From NCBI GenBank assembly GCA_016936235.1, contig JAFGPK010000002.1:20672-84671 (forward strand): a stretch of DNA of 64,000 nt, in the 5' to 3' direction. This DNA comes from Candidatus Fermentibacteraceae bacterium. GTDB taxonomy: Bacteria > Fermentibacterota > Fermentibacteria > Fermentibacterales > JCC-6. Positions 16,910-26,944 of this stretch are shown in pieces (the first letter of the stretch is position 1; every line of letters begins with the position of its first letter). Position numbers and translations under genes: made by a program. Under the pieces are notes generated by a model. The model was not told the origin of the DNA, did no database searches, and worked only from the letters and a program-made list of their open reading frames with translations.

Positions 16910-17604
16910 AGTCTCTGCCACAGGACCTCGGGAAGCGATTCCTCCCGTATCCTGGCAGCGGCGGCGTCAATCGAGTACTCCACCCTGCGATGCTCCCAGG
17001 TCCTCTTCTCGGTGTCGATCAGCAGGTAGGCGGCTCTGGGGTCGCGATCCCTCGGCTGTCCCACGCTGCCCACATTGATGAGCCTCACTCTGGAGAAATC
17101 ACCCGAGTCGATCTCACTGTAACTGCCATCCTCCGACCACACCCCCGGCAGATGCGTATGGCCTATCAGCGATATCTGGCCCTCCCTCGCACTTATTGAA
17201 GCGAGGGCCTGGTTCCGCCTCAGGACGTATGTCCAGCTCTCGGGGTCAGCCGGATAGCTGTGGCAGAGGAAGAACTCCTGCAGCTCGAAGAAATGAGGGA
17301 GAAGCGAGAGCCACTTTATCTCTCCATGGTCCAGAACGGATTTTGTCCAGCGTATGGCGGTTGCGCCCTCCCAGTTGAACCTGTCAAGGGAGACCTGCCC
17401 CGAAGCGCCGGCGTCATGGTTGCCCCGCACCACCATTCGGCAGTTTTCCCTTACCAGCTGGATGCAACGGGCGGGGTCCGCTCCGTACCCCACCACATCT
17501 CCGAGGCAGAGCGTGCTGTCGGCCGAGGCTCCGGGAGGGTCCGCCAGGACCGCTTCCAGAGCCTGCAGATTGCCGTGGATATCAGTTATGATTCTGAGAA
17601 GCAT
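16894..17604 (-). CDS. Metallophosphoesterase family protein
   Basis: TDIHGN, CLGDVVGYG, RGNHD, GHTH, INVGSVGQPRD. Confidence 0.9.
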   Translation of the reverse strand: MLLRIITDIHGNLQALEAVLADPPGASADSTLCLGDVVGYGADPARCIQLVRENCRMVVRGNHDAGASGQVSLDRFNWEGATAIRWTKSVLDHGEIKWLSLLPHFFELQEFFLCHSYPADPESWTYVLRRNQALASISAREGQISLIGHTHLPGVWSEDGSYSEIDSGDFSRVRLINVGSVGQPRDRDPRAAYLLIDTEKRTWEHRRVEYSIDAAAARIREESLPEVLWQRLYRGT

Positions 17605-17617
17605 ACCGCCCTCCCTG

Positions 17618-18055
17618 TCACTTCCTCTGACCTGCCGAAATGGAGTCAAGCACGCCGTTCACAAGCCCGGCAACCTCGTCAGTCTCGAACATCCTCGCCA
17701 GCTCGATGGACTCATCGATTACCACCGCTGCAGGGGTGGGGGGGTGCTGGTAGATCATCTCCCCCAGAGCCTGCTCAAGTATCAGTCTGGCAACAATGCT
17801 GAGTCTGTCCAGGGTCCAGTTCTCAAGGGCCTTCCCGATGCTTTCCCTTATTTCGGGAAGGTTGTCCTGGACCGACTCTGCAAGGGAGGCGATCCAGTTC
17901 CAGTCCTCCTCGTCGAGGGGAACGCCGATACCCAGCTCCGGGTCGGCAAGGAGTCTTCGCAATGACTCCAAATTGACCGACAGGGACCTGCCGTTGATCT
18001 CAGCCGCGAATCTGGCCTGAAGCAGTGCCTTTCGGCCACGGTTCCTTGATCCCAT
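17618..18055 (-). CDS. nusB: Transcription antitermination factor NusB
   Basis: R..GRKALLQ, WTLDRLSIV..ILE, VVIDESIELA..F, VNGVLD. Follows ribH. Confidence 0.88.
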   Translation of the reverse strand: MGSRNRGRKALLQARFAAEINGRSLSVNLESLRRLLADPELGIGVPLDEEDWNWIASLAESVQDNLPEIRESIGKALENWTLDRLSIVARLILEQALGEMIYQHPPTPAAVVIDESIELARMFETDEVAGLVNGVLDSISAGQRK

Positions 18056-18061
18056 GGATCC

Positions 18062-18577
18062 TCAGTCGCCCTCTTCCTCCTGGGGCGCCTCCTCGCTGGA
18101 GGACTCCAGGTTAGAAACATGGTCGTAAAGGGCGGTCATCTCCAGGGCAGTCATGGCTGCATCGAAACCTTTGTTGCCGGACTTGGTGCCTGCCCTGTCA
18201 ACCGCCTGCTCCACGGTGTCCGCAGTGACAACTCCATAGATAACGGGAACATCGGTCAGCATGGCTGCCTGGGCTACTCCCTTGGCGCTCTCGGAGGAAA
18301 CGTACTCGAAATGTGGCGTCTCTCCCCTTATCACGGCACCGAGACAGATGACGCAGTCGAATATCCCGGTATCAGCCACGCGCAGGGCCAGGGCCGGTAT
18401 CTCCCAGGCTCCGGGCACCCAGAAGACATCTATGTCATCGGTGTTCACATTGTGCCGCTCAAGGCAGTCCAGGGCCCCGTCCAGCAGTTTCCCCGTGATG
18501 AAGCTGTTGAAACGGGACACCACAATGGCCGGCTTCAGCCCCTCGCCATCAAGCTTGCCCTCATGTATCCAGGTCAT
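18062..18577 (-). CDS. ribH: 6,7-dimethyl-8-ribityllumazine synthase
   Basis: [47 protein letters not shown]. Confidence 0.97.
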   Translation of the reverse strand: MTWIHEGKLDGEGLKPAIVVSRFNSFITGKLLDGALDCLERHNVNTDDIDVFWVPGAWEIPALALRVADTGIFDCVICLGAVIRGETPHFEYVSSESAKGVAQAAMLTDVPVIYGVVTADTVEQAVDRAGTKSGNKGFDAAMTALEMTALYDHVSNLESSSEEAPQEEEGD

Positions 18578-19778
18578 CGTCAACCTCCTCAAGCATGTGT
18601 CCCAGCTTGTTCTTCTTGGTCCTCAGATAGTTAAGGTTCTCCTGTGTAGGCGGGACCTCGATGCCCACCCTCTCCGTTATCTCCAGACCGTAACCCCGCA
18701 GTCCTATCACCTTCCTCGGGTTGTTGGTCATAAGCCTAATGGTGGTCAGACCCAGCTCGGAAAGAATCTGGGCGCCCGTTCCGTAATCCCTCAGGTCCGC
18801 GGGGAATCCAAGCTGTTCGTTCGCCTCCACGGTATCCATCCCATGGTCCTGAAGATGGTAGGCCCTGATCTTGTTCGCCAGTCCGATACCCCTGCCCTCC
18901 TGGGCCATATAGAGGATGACTCCCGTTCCATGGGCATCGACTCTCCTCATGGCGGCATGAAGCTGGCTTCCGCAGTCGCACCGCCTTGAGGCGAACACGT
19001 CTCCTGTCAGGCACTGTGAATGCACCCGCACCAGCACGTTCTCCTTACCTCGCACATCTCCCTTGACCAGCGCCACGTGGACTTCACCGTCGGTGACGCT
19101 CTCGAATATCCGCAGCGCGAAGGTACCGTAGTCCGTGGGAAGAGTGGATGACGCCACCTCCCTCACCAGCTTCTCCGTCTTCCTCCTGTACCTTACCAGC
19201 TCCTCCACTGAGGTGAGCACCAGACCGTGCTTCCCGGCAAACTCCGTCAGCTGGGGAAGCCTGGCCATCGAACCATCACGGTTCATTATCTCACAGATGA
19301 CCCCTGCTGGTTTAAGCCCCGCCAGCCTGGCCAGGTCCACCGCAGCCTCGGTGTGCCCTGTCCTCGAAAGGACACCACCCGGTCTGGCGGCCAGGGGAAA
19401 GATGTGTCCGGGCCTGGCAAGGTCGGCGGCCTGGGAGGACGGATCAATGGCCACGGATATGGTCCTGGCCCTGTCGTGGGCAGAAATGCCGGTGGACACT
19501 CCCTCGATGGCGTCGATACTCACCATGAAGGCCGTTTCGTGAAGGGAAGTGTTCCTGGGAACCATTTCGTGTATCCCGAGCCGCTCAAGGTCATCCTGCT
19601 CCATCGACAGGCATATGAGACCCCTTGCCTCCAGGGCCATGAAGTTCACGGCTTCGGCGTCGCACTTTTCCGCAGCGATTACGAGGTCCCCCTCGTTCTC
19701 CCTGTTCTCGTCGTCCACCACCACCACCATCCGTCCATTGGATATGGCGCGGATCGCTTCCTCTGCACCGGATATCAT
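18561..19778 (-). CDS. ribBA: Bifunctional DHBP synthase / GTP cyclohydrolase II
   Basis: [60 protein letters not shown]. Confidence 0.97.
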   Translation of the reverse strand: MISGAEEAIRAISNGRMVVVVDDENRENEGDLVIAAEKCDAEAVNFMALEARGLICLSMEQDDLERLGIHEMVPRNTSLHETAFMVSIDAIEGVSTGISAHDRARTISVAIDPSSQAADLARPGHIFPLAARPGGVLSRTGHTEAAVDLARLAGLKPAGVICEIMNRDGSMARLPQLTEFAGKHGLVLTSVEELVRYRRKTEKLVREVASSTLPTDYGTFALRIFESVTDGEVHVALVKGDVRGKENVLVRVHSQCLTGDVFASRRCDCGSQLHAAMRRVDAHGTGVILYMAQEGRGIGLANKIRAYHLQDHGMDTVEANEQLGFPADLRDYGTGAQILSELGLTTIRLMTNNPRKVIGLRGYGLEITERVGIEVPPTQENLNYLRTKKNKLGHMLEEVDDDLDT

Positions 19779-19779
19779 G

Positions 19780-20397
19780 CTACTGCTCAAGGTACTTCCT
19801 CAATTCAACCGCGGAAAACAGTGCTTTGACCTGTTTTTGAACGTACTTGCCCAGGATGTCGTATTCAAGGTTCACGGGAGTACCCGGTCTCCAGTTTTCA
19901 GCCGTGGTCCTCTCCAGGGTTTCAGGTATCAGGACGACCGAAAACCTCGCGGAGTCCAGCGATGCCACCGTCAGACTGATCCCGCACACCGCCACCGAAC
20001 CCTTCCGCACCAGAAGACCCGCGCTGCCCGAAGGGCAGGACACCCATGCGGTCATCCCTCCAGCTTCCCTCTGGACCCTTAACACGGATGCAGTCTCGTC
20101 CACATGGCCGGTGACAAGATGACCGTGGAGCCGGTCCGAGAGCCTCAATGGCCTCTCAAGGTTCACTTCAAGGCCCGGGTGGTATCCGGATATCACGGTC
20201 CTTGCGATGGTCTCGGGAGAGCACTGGAAGAAGAGGCTTCCCCTTGTCTTCCCGGCCACCGTGAGGCAGGAGCCGTCTACGGCCATGCTGTCTCCCTCCG
20301 CGGATCCCTCGGCCAGTACAGTGGCCACCGTGAGTCTGCCGCCGGCGAGACCCGTGACCTTACCCCTGTCCTCAATCAGTCCCGTGAACAAACTCAC
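19780..20397 (-). CDS. ribE: Riboflavin synthase alpha chain
   Basis: [48 protein letters not shown]. The true start may be TTG at 20391. Confidence 0.95.
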   Translation of the reverse strand: MSLFTGLIEDRGKVTGLAGGRLTVATVLAEGSAEGDSMAVDGSCLTVAGKTRGSLFFQCSPETIARTVISGYHPGLEVNLERPLRLSDRLHGHLVTGHVDETASVLRVQREAGGMTAWVSCPSGSAGLLVRKGSVAVCGISLTVASLDSARFSVVLIPETLERTTAENWRPGTPVNLEYDILGKYVQKQVKALFSAVELRKYLEQ

Positions 20398-21487
20398 CCT
20401 CCGTGAGGAAATCGGATCCGGACCGTCTGCAGGTTACGTTCTCAAGCCTCAGCGCTTTTTCCATGCTCCGGATGCCCAGCTCCCCGAAAGCGGGTCTTCC
20501 CTCTCCCCCCAGCAGCATCGGGGCGGAGAAGACCATGACCGAATCTGCGAGATCCTGCAAAAGAAGAGCTGTGGAGAGCCCGGGACCGGCCTCGCACAGT
20601 ATCTCACCGATACCCTCGGACGCGGTGCGCTCAAGAAGCGGGAGAAGCCGAACCCCGCCAGTCTCGTCATGCGGCATCTCCCACAGCTCGACCTTCCTGC
20701 TGTCCCTGAATTTCTTCATAGCTGGTCCGGCGCTGTCGGGATAGGCCAGGATCACCCTCCCGGGGGCCCTGATAACATTCTCCGAACCTCCAAGGTCACC
20801 GCTGCGCGTAAGGATTATCCTCGCGGGCTGACCCGACGGAGGCAGCGCCGACAGTCTGACGGTGAGTTCCGGGTCGTCCTTCCTGACCGTTCCGGCGCCG
20901 GTCATTACGGCGCCGACGGACGCCCTTTTCCTGTGGACTGTCTTGCGTGACTCCTCGCAGGATATCCAGCGGCTGGTTCCATCGGCGGCGGCGATCCTTC
21001 CGTCCAGGCTCAGAGCCATCTTCAGGGTCACCCAGCTTCTTCCTGTCCTGAGGTAATGGAGGTAGACGCGATTCAGTCTCGCCGCTTCACCGCTCATCAG
21101 GCCCACCTCGACCTCTAGTCCGGCATCGCGAAGCTGCTCCACTCCCCTGCCGCAAACCCTGGGATCGGGATCCTCCATGGCGACGACCACCCTTGAGATC
21201 CCTGCATTGATTATCCGATCTGTGCAGGGTCCTGTCCGTCCCTGATGACAGCAGGGCTCCAGTGTGACAACGAGGGTGCCGCCCAGCACCCTGTCTCCGG
21301 CGGATGAGATCGCCACAGCCTCTGCATGGGGTGCTCCGCATTTCCTGTGAAAGCCGTCCCCGGCCTCGGTCCCGTCATGTGCCAGTATGACCGCACCTAC
21401 CATGGGGTTGGGAAAGGTGTTCCCCCTTCCACGGACGGCCAGCCTTAGGGCTTTCCTCATGGCAAGGGTCTCTCTGTCCGAGATCAT
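20372..21487 (-). CDS. ribD: Bifunctional riboflavin deaminase/reductase
   Basis: PNPMVGAV, HAE, TLEPCCH..TGPC, KMALSLDG, GTVRKDDPELTVR. Start at MISDRE overlaps the upstream TAA. Confidence 0.96.
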   Translation of the reverse strand: MISDRETLAMRKALRLAVRGRGNTFPNPMVGAVILAHDGTEAGDGFHRKCGAPHAEAVAISSAGDRVLGGTLVVTLEPCCHQGRTGPCTDRIINAGISRVVVAMEDPDPRVCGRGVEQLRDAGLEVEVGLMSGEAARLNRVYLHYLRTGRSWVTLKMALSLDGRIAAADGTSRWISCEESRKTVHRKRASVGAVMTGAGTVRKDDPELTVRLSALPPSGQPARIILTRSGDLGGSENVIRAPGRVILAYPDSAGPAMKKFRDSRKVELWEMPHDETGGVRLLPLLERTASEGIGEILCEAGPGLSTALLLQDLADSVMVFSAPMLLGGEGRPAFGELGIRSMEKALRLENVTCRRSGSDFLTEGEFVHGTD

Positions 21488-22920
21488 TACCTTCCAACCA
21501 GTTCGGCGATACTCAGTCTGCCGATCACCGAATTGACAACGTACTGGGACTGGAGATCGCCGGTGGCCAGAATGATATGAGTGCCGTCGGCGACATACTG
21601 ACCGAATGTGGGATCCATCGCGACCCACTGTCCGACCCAGACCATTGGCCAGGCATGGTAGCCGAAGGAACCGTCCAGATAGACTATGCCGGCGCAAATC
21701 CTCGCCGGCAGGCCCACCGATCTCGCCAGAGCGACGAAAAGAATGGTATGCTCGTTGCAGTCACCCCTCAGGTTCTCCATAACGTCCACTGCGGAGGGGA
21801 GCGAGACGGTGGGGCTGTTCTCCACGCTGGTGTCCACAAAGGAGCATATCCTCCTTGCGGCTTCCCATGAATCCCCGCTTCCGGACGTGACTTCCACGGC
21901 GGTGGCCGCGATCAGGGGATCCCGGCACTGTATCATAGGTTGCGGCTCCGTGTACCGCAGAAGTGTGTCCGGCAGGCTGACAGGAGGGAATGGAACGGCT
22001 GCATCCGGGATACAGTTGGACACGGAGACCGTACACCCCGATGCTGTCTGAACCGGGGGCAGGTCCAGCTGGAACTGGCTCCAGTCTATATCACCTTCCA
22101 GGACGAAGGTCCTGTTCCCCACCGAGCGGGGGTTCTGCACGGGAGTCGAGGAAACGGCGAAAACCTCGTAAAGATCCCTGGTGGCGATTATCTCTCCGCC
22201 CTGCCCGGGAGGGACCCTTGTCATGTCCATTCCAAGTCCCTGCTCGTACTCCCTCACTATCTGACCTTCGCAGATCCAGACCAGGTTCCTGGTTCCCATC
22301 TGGGAGAGTTCCAGTCTTGCGGCGATCACCGTGTCCCCCAGAAGATCCACCGGCTCGAAACCCTGGCAGACCGCCGAAGCCGACAGAATGACACCGCTGG
22401 CAGGATCGAACGACTGAAAGGTCCGTTCCTGTCCTTCGGTCCAATCCATGGAGGCACAGGCCAGATCGGCAAGGACCGGAAGATATTCACCCTCTATGAC
22501 GGTGCTGTTCTCAATCTCTCTGCCTGCCGTACCTATGGACGAGAACAGGATGGAATCACGGCGGACGGCACTGACGGATATCTCCGCGGAGCCGTCTGAC
22601 ATCAGCATTTCCATCCGGCCCAGGTCGAAGATCGTGTCCGTGACTGCCGTCATGGACATCTCGATGTCCCTACGATTTCCCATGAGTATCATGTTCCAGT
22701 TAATCGTCTGTGTGATCAGAAGGGAATCGGAGCCGTACTCCTCGATGTCAAGCTGCATGTAGCCCACGTCGTCCCCCTGAATGGACACGGCGAATCTCTG
22801 TGTGCCGGCGCCGGCTGTGGATATCCCCAGTCGGTCACCGGCGGAACCGTCCTCACAACCTGTCCCCCAGGTAAGTGCAAGCAGGATCGCAAAGGCACAT
22901 GATCTTGGCAGGAGCCTCAT
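21487..22920 (-). CDS. Exported transglutaminase-like (cysteine protease fold) protein
   Basis: Signal or lipoprotein-like N-terminus. Triad motifs GDCNEH, YHAWPMVW and WVAMDPT. Confidence 0.85.
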   Translation of the reverse strand: MRLLPRSCAFAILLALTWGTGCEDGSAGDRLGISTAGAGTQRFAVSIQGDDVGYMQLDIEEYGSDSLLITQTINWNMILMGNRRDIEMSMTAVTDTIFDLGRMEMLMSDGSAEISVSAVRRDSILFSSIGTAGREIENSTVIEGEYLPVLADLACASMDWTEGQERTFQSFDPASGVILSASAVCQGFEPVDLLGDTVIAARLELSQMGTRNLVWICEGQIVREYEQGLGMDMTRVPPGQGGEIIATRDLYEVFAVSSTPVQNPRSVGNRTFVLEGDIDWSQFQLDLPPVQTASGCTVSVSNCIPDAAVPFPPVSLPDTLLRYTEPQPMIQCRDPLIAATAVEVTSGSGDSWEAARRICSFVDTSVENSPTVSLPSAVDVMENLRGDCNEHTILFVALARSVGLPARICAGIVYLDGSFGYHAWPMVWVGQWVAMDPTFGQYVADGTHIILATGDLQSQYVVNSVIGRLSIAELVGR

Positions 22921-23981
22921 CTTTTTCCTCCAATGAATTCCTCTATGGCCGCTGATATCCTGGCCCCGGAGCCGCCATCCCAAAGAGGTATCTCCGGAGG
23001 CTCGGGCGGGCGTTTATCCATCTGCCTGCTGACAGCGCCCCCGAGGGCCGAGACATCCGGGCACAGGACATTGGTGCCGAGTTCCAGGGTCACCGGCCTT
23101 TCAGTGCTGGTCCTCACGGTGACGCAGGGTACTCCCAGAACGCTGGTCTCCTCCTGGACCCCTCCGGAATCTGTGATCACACCCGCGGCGCATGCCTGTG
23201 CCGAAAGGAACTGCAGATAGGTCATGGGCTCCCCCATGACTATGTTCCGAGGCACTTCCAGATTCCAGTTCCGGATATTGCCCTGTGTCCTCGGGTGTGC
23301 GGGGAATACGACTGCCAGATCCTCCAGGGACCCAAGGGCGTTGAGCAGCTCCTGCAGCCGCTGGGGATCATCCACGTTGGAGGGCCTGTGCAGCGTGACC
23401 AGGCAGTATGGACCCTGGGCAGGAGGCTCTTCCGTTGCCATGGCCATTGGAAGAAGTCTCCTCAGGGTGTCTATCATGGGATTTCCAACCAGCTTTATCA
23501 TAGAGCTGCTCCGGCCTTCGGCAAGAAGGTTGTCCCTTGCCTCGGAGCTGGTTATGAGCAGGAGCCCGGCTATCTGGTCGGTGAGCACACGGTTGATCTC
23601 CTCAGGCATGCTCCTGTCAAAACTGCGAAGACCCGCCTCAACATGAATCACAGGGATGCCGTACCTGACCGCCACGATTGAGCAGGCCAGGGTCGAGTTG
23701 ACATCACCTACCACCACCACAGCCCCTGGCATCCTCTGAAGCACGACTTCCTCGTACCTCTGCATTATCTCTGCCGTCTGCACGGTGATACTGGCGGAGC
23801 CCACCTCCAGGTTCAGGTCAGGCGGCGGAAGCTGGAGCTGATCGAAGAAACTCTGGGACATGATGTGGTCGTAATGCTGGCCGGTGTGAACGATACGCAC
23901 CGGAATCCCCTGATCCATGTTCCGGACGATGGGGTCTATCTTCATGAAATTGGGCCGGGCGCCGCAGATCAGGTCTATCAT
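22917..23981 (-). CDS. wecB: UDP-N-acetylglucosamine 2-epimerase (non-hydrolysing)
   Basis: GARPNFMK, HTGQHYD, VVGDVNST, HVEAGLRS, PEEINR, TLHRPSNVD, TDSGGVQEE, TERP. Confidence 0.95.
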   Translation of the reverse strand: MIDLICGARPNFMKIDPIVRNMDQGIPVRIVHTGQHYDHIMSQSFFDQLQLPPPDLNLEVGSASITVQTAEIMQRYEEVVLQRMPGAVVVVGDVNSTLACSIVAVRYGIPVIHVEAGLRSFDRSMPEEINRVLTDQIAGLLLITSSEARDNLLAEGRSSSMIKLVGNPMIDTLRRLLPMAMATEEPPAQGPYCLVTLHRPSNVDDPQRLQELLNALGSLEDLAVVFPAHPRTQGNIRNWNLEVPRNIVMGEPMTYLQFLSAQACAAGVITDSGGVQEETSVLGVPCVTVRTSTERPVTLELGTNVLCPDVSALGGAVSRQMDKRPPEPPEIPLWDGGSGARISAAIEEFIGGKR

Positions 23982-23997
23982 ATGCTCCTCCGCGATT

Positions 23998-24450
23998 TCA
24001 GATGCGCTCATCCCCCGGGAGTGAATCCATCTTGCAGACCCTTCTTTCGTGCCTGCCTCCGTCGAAGGGCTCGCGAAGAAAAACCTCCACTATTTCCCGG
24101 GCCAGGAAGGGGGCTGTCACTCCTCCCCCCAGCACCAGGACATTGGCGTTATTATGATGTCTGGCCCAGTAGGCCATGTCGGGGTAGAGGCAGAGGGCTG
24201 CCCTGATGTCGATATACCTGTTTGCGCTCATGCTCATCCCTATCCCTGAATTGCAGATGAGAATGCCCCTCTCGGCATCTCCCGACAGGATCTGCCGGCA
24301 GAGGAGCCCGGCGTAATCGGGATAGTCAACTGAATCTAGATTTTCAGGCCCCAGGTCCGCCGGTTCCACTCCGTCCAGCCCCGTCAGCCAGGAGAGCAGT
24401 TCCTCCTTCAGCGGGAAGCCTGCATGGTCACTGGCTATGGCCAGCTTCAT
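23998..24450 (-). CDS. rpiB: Ribose 5-phosphate isomerase B
   Basis: IASDHAG, VDYPDYA, CNSGIGMSMSANRY, HNNANVL, FDGGRHERRV. Confidence 0.95.
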   Translation of the reverse strand: MKLAIASDHAGFPLKEELLSWLTGLDGVEPADLGPENLDSVDYPDYAGLLCRQILSGDAERGILICNSGIGMSMSANRYIDIRAALCLYPDMAYWARHHNNANVLVLGGGVTAPFLAREIVEVFLREPFDGGRHERRVCKMDSLPGDERI

Positions 24451-25376
24451 CAGCTTCCACCTTCGCGTCCGTAACTGGCAACCACGCCCGAGAGCACTAT
24501 GGAGCAGAGCTTGGACTCCGCTGAGTCGGCCCTGGATGTGAGCACCACGGGATTGAGAGCACCCATAATAACGGCTCCCAGCTCCCCGCCGGCCAGGAAT
24601 ATCAGGGTTTTGTACAGGATATTAGCAGCTTCTATGTCGGGGAGTATCAGCAGGTCGGCCTCTCCGCAAACCGGGCTGTCGATCTTCTTAATCCTGCATG
24701 CGTCCTTCGATACGGCCAGATCCATGGCAAGGGGGCCGTCGAAGATAATGTCGCCGAACTCCCCGTTATCCGCCATCTCCTTCATCCTGGCAGCTTCCAT
24801 GGTGCATGGCATCTTGTCGTAGGGAACCTCCTTGGCGCAGACGTAGGTGGATTTCGGATGCTCGATCCCGAGGGCCTTGGACACTATTATTGCGTTCCTG
24901 AGCATGGCCACCTTCATATCGAAATCCGGGGCTATGTTCATTGCCGCGTCGCTGATTATGAGAAGCTTCGGGTAGGATGGTACATCGAAGGCGGCCACAT
25001 GGCTGAGGGCTCCGGGTCCCCTTATGCCTGTCTCCCTGTCAAGGATTGCATGAAGGAAGGAGCTGGTGGCGACCAGGCCCTTCATGATCACGTCGGCCCT
25101 GCCGGAGCGAACCTCCTCGACTCCCTTGCGGGAAGCGGTGTCGTCATCCTCGGCATGTATGATCTCGATGCCGTTGAGGTCCACCCCCGCCTTATCGGCG
25201 GATTCCCTTATGCCCTTCTCCGGACCTATGAGGACGGCGTCCACCATGTCGTCGCTGACGGCGGTGCCTATGGCTGTGATGGTCTCAACCTCGTCGGCCC
25301 TGACCACGGCCACTCTCTTGGATGGAAGCTCCCTGGCCAGACGCTTCATCTCTGCGAGACTCCTGATAGGTTCCAT
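24450..25376 (-). CDS. ptb: Phosphate butyryltransferase / acyltransferase
   Basis: MKGLVAT, LSHVA, SDAAMNIAPD, DGPLAMDLAVS, PDIEAANILYK, VLTSRADS. Confidence 0.9.
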   Translation of the reverse strand: MEPIRSLAEMKRLARELPSKRVAVVRADEVETITAIGTAVSDDMVDAVLIGPEKGIRESADKAGVDLNGIEIIHAEDDDTASRKGVEEVRSGRADVIMKGLVATSSFLHAILDRETGIRGPGALSHVAAFDVPSYPKLLIISDAAMNIAPDFDMKVAMLRNAIIVSKALGIEHPKSTYVCAKEVPYDKMPCTMEAARMKEMADNGEFGDIIFDGPLAMDLAVSKDACRIKKIDSPVCGEADLLILPDIEAANILYKTLIFLAGGELGAVIMGALNPVVLTSRADSAESKLCSIVLSGVVASYGREGGS

Positions 25377-25607
25377 ATATCCCCCTGTGAGTAAGTTTGG
25401 AAGTGCTGTGCACAAATTCTCAAGATAAGAAGGAATATAGCTGGACAGCAACGATGCCTGCAAGAAGTGTTGACAAAGGAGGCCTCCTGGATGAGATTTG
25501 AGGGCACTCATCAGTAAGTTAATGTATCAGATTAATCTATGCATCAGGCAGCCACACCTGGCACCTTCTGCTTCAAGCATTATTGATCTCCGGAAAGGGG
25601 TGGTATC

Positions 25608-26933
25608 ATGAAACACATGCCCGCTTCAGAAGTAAGGCCCACAATAGCACGCCACATGCTGGCGGACGGGTTCGATATGGTTCTCGACCTCAGGAAGAGC
25701 AGGGGCTCGATCATCCACGATGCCCTGCAGGACAGGGACTATCTCGACCTCTTCAGCTTCTTCGCTTCGGCTCCTCTGGGAATGAACCACCCTGCCCTGT
25801 GCACAGACGAGTTCAGGACCCTTCTTGCGGATGCAGCCATAAACAAGCCGTCCAACTCCGATTTCTACACCGAGGAGATGGCCGATTTCGTAAGGACCTT
25901 CGCGGACACCACCATACCTGACAGCCATCCCTACCTCTTTTTCGTCTCGGGCGGCGCGCTTGCTGTTGAGAACGCCCTCAAAGCCGCCTTCGACTGGAAA
26001 GTCAGGGAGAACATGAAGGCCGGGAGGGGGGAGACGGGAAGCAGTGTGATCCATTTCCGGAACGCGTTTCACGGCAGGTCAGGCTACACTCTCTCCATGA
26101 CCAATACGGCGGACCCGCGGAAATACATGTATTTCCCCAAGTTCGACTGGCCCAGGGTGGACAGCCCCTCCATCGTCTTCCCGCTGAACGAACACCTGGA
26201 TGAGGTCGAAAAGGCCGAGAAGCAATCACTGGAGCAGATAGACAGGACCATCGACCAGCACGGCCATGATATCGCATGTCTCGTCATAGAACCGATCCAG
26301 GCTGAGGGCGGCGACAACCACTTCAGGCCGGAGTTCCTCCAGCAGCTTCGCCTCAGGGCGGACAAGCACCAGTTCCTGCTGATCTTTGACGAGATACAGA
26401 GCGGGATGGGTCTCACTGGGGAATGGTGGGCGTGGCAGACCCTGGGAGTCGAACCCGACATCTTCTGCTTCGGCAAGAAAGCCCAGGTCTGCGGCATAGC
26501 CTCCAACAGGCGCATTGACAGCGTAGAGGAAAACGTCTTCCACGAATCCAGCCGCATCAACTCCACCTGGGGCGGTAATCTCGTGGACATGGTGAGATGC
26601 ACTAAATATCTGCAGATAATGGTGGAGGAAAACACGCTCGAGAATGTCAGGGCCAGGAGCATCACACTCATGGAAGGCCTTGAAGATCTGCAGGAGAGGA
26701 ACCCCGGTCGAATAGGCAACGTCAGGGGCAGGGGTCTCATGTGCGCCTTTGACCTTCCCGACACCATGACCAGGAACATGATGCTGAGCGAGATCATGAA
26801 GAACGGCGCCATCATCCTCCCCTGCGGGACCAGGAGCATACGCTTCCGGCCGCCTCTGAACATCACGGATGATGAGCTGGTGAAAGGCCTGGATATGATA
26901 TCCCGCGCAGCCGATACCGTACTCAGGGATTAG
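25608..26933 (+). CDS. lat: L-lysine 6-transaminase (class III aminotransferase)
   Basis: YLDLFSFFAS, SGGALAVENALKAAFDWK, AFHGRSGYTLS, EPIQAEGGDNHF, FDEIQSG, FGKKAQVCG, STWGGN. Confidence 0.92.
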   Translation: MKHMPASEVRPTIARHMLADGFDMVLDLRKSRGSIIHDALQDRDYLDLFSFFASAPLGMNHPALCTDEFRTLLADAAINKPSNSDFYTEEMADFVRTFADTTIPDSHPYLFFVSGGALAVENALKAAFDWKVRENMKAGRGETGSSVIHFRNAFHGRSGYTLSMTNTADPRKYMYFPKFDWPRVDSPSIVFPLNEHLDEVEKAEKQSLEQIDRTIDQHGHDIACLVIEPIQAEGGDNHFRPEFLQQLRLRADKHQFLLIFDEIQSGMGLTGEWWAWQTLGVEPDIFCFGKKAQVCGIASNRRIDSVEENVFHESSRINSTWGGNLVDMVRCTKYLQIMVEENTLENVRARSITLMEGLEDLQERNPGRIGNVRGRGLMCAFDLPDTMTRNMMLSEIMKNGAIILPCGTRSIRFRPPLNITDDELVKGLDMISRAADTVLRD

Positions 26934-26944
26934 ACGATCCGGGA

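Noticed and set aside
21488-21697. FMN riboswitch or extended ribD N-terminus upstream of the rib genes
   Set aside because: The region is the coding 3' end of the transglutaminase-like gene, and no RFN consensus is visible.
25559-25573. Sigma54-like TGGCACCTTCTGCTT upstream of lat
   Set aside because: The GG-to-GC spacing is 2 bp too short for a -24/-12 promoter.
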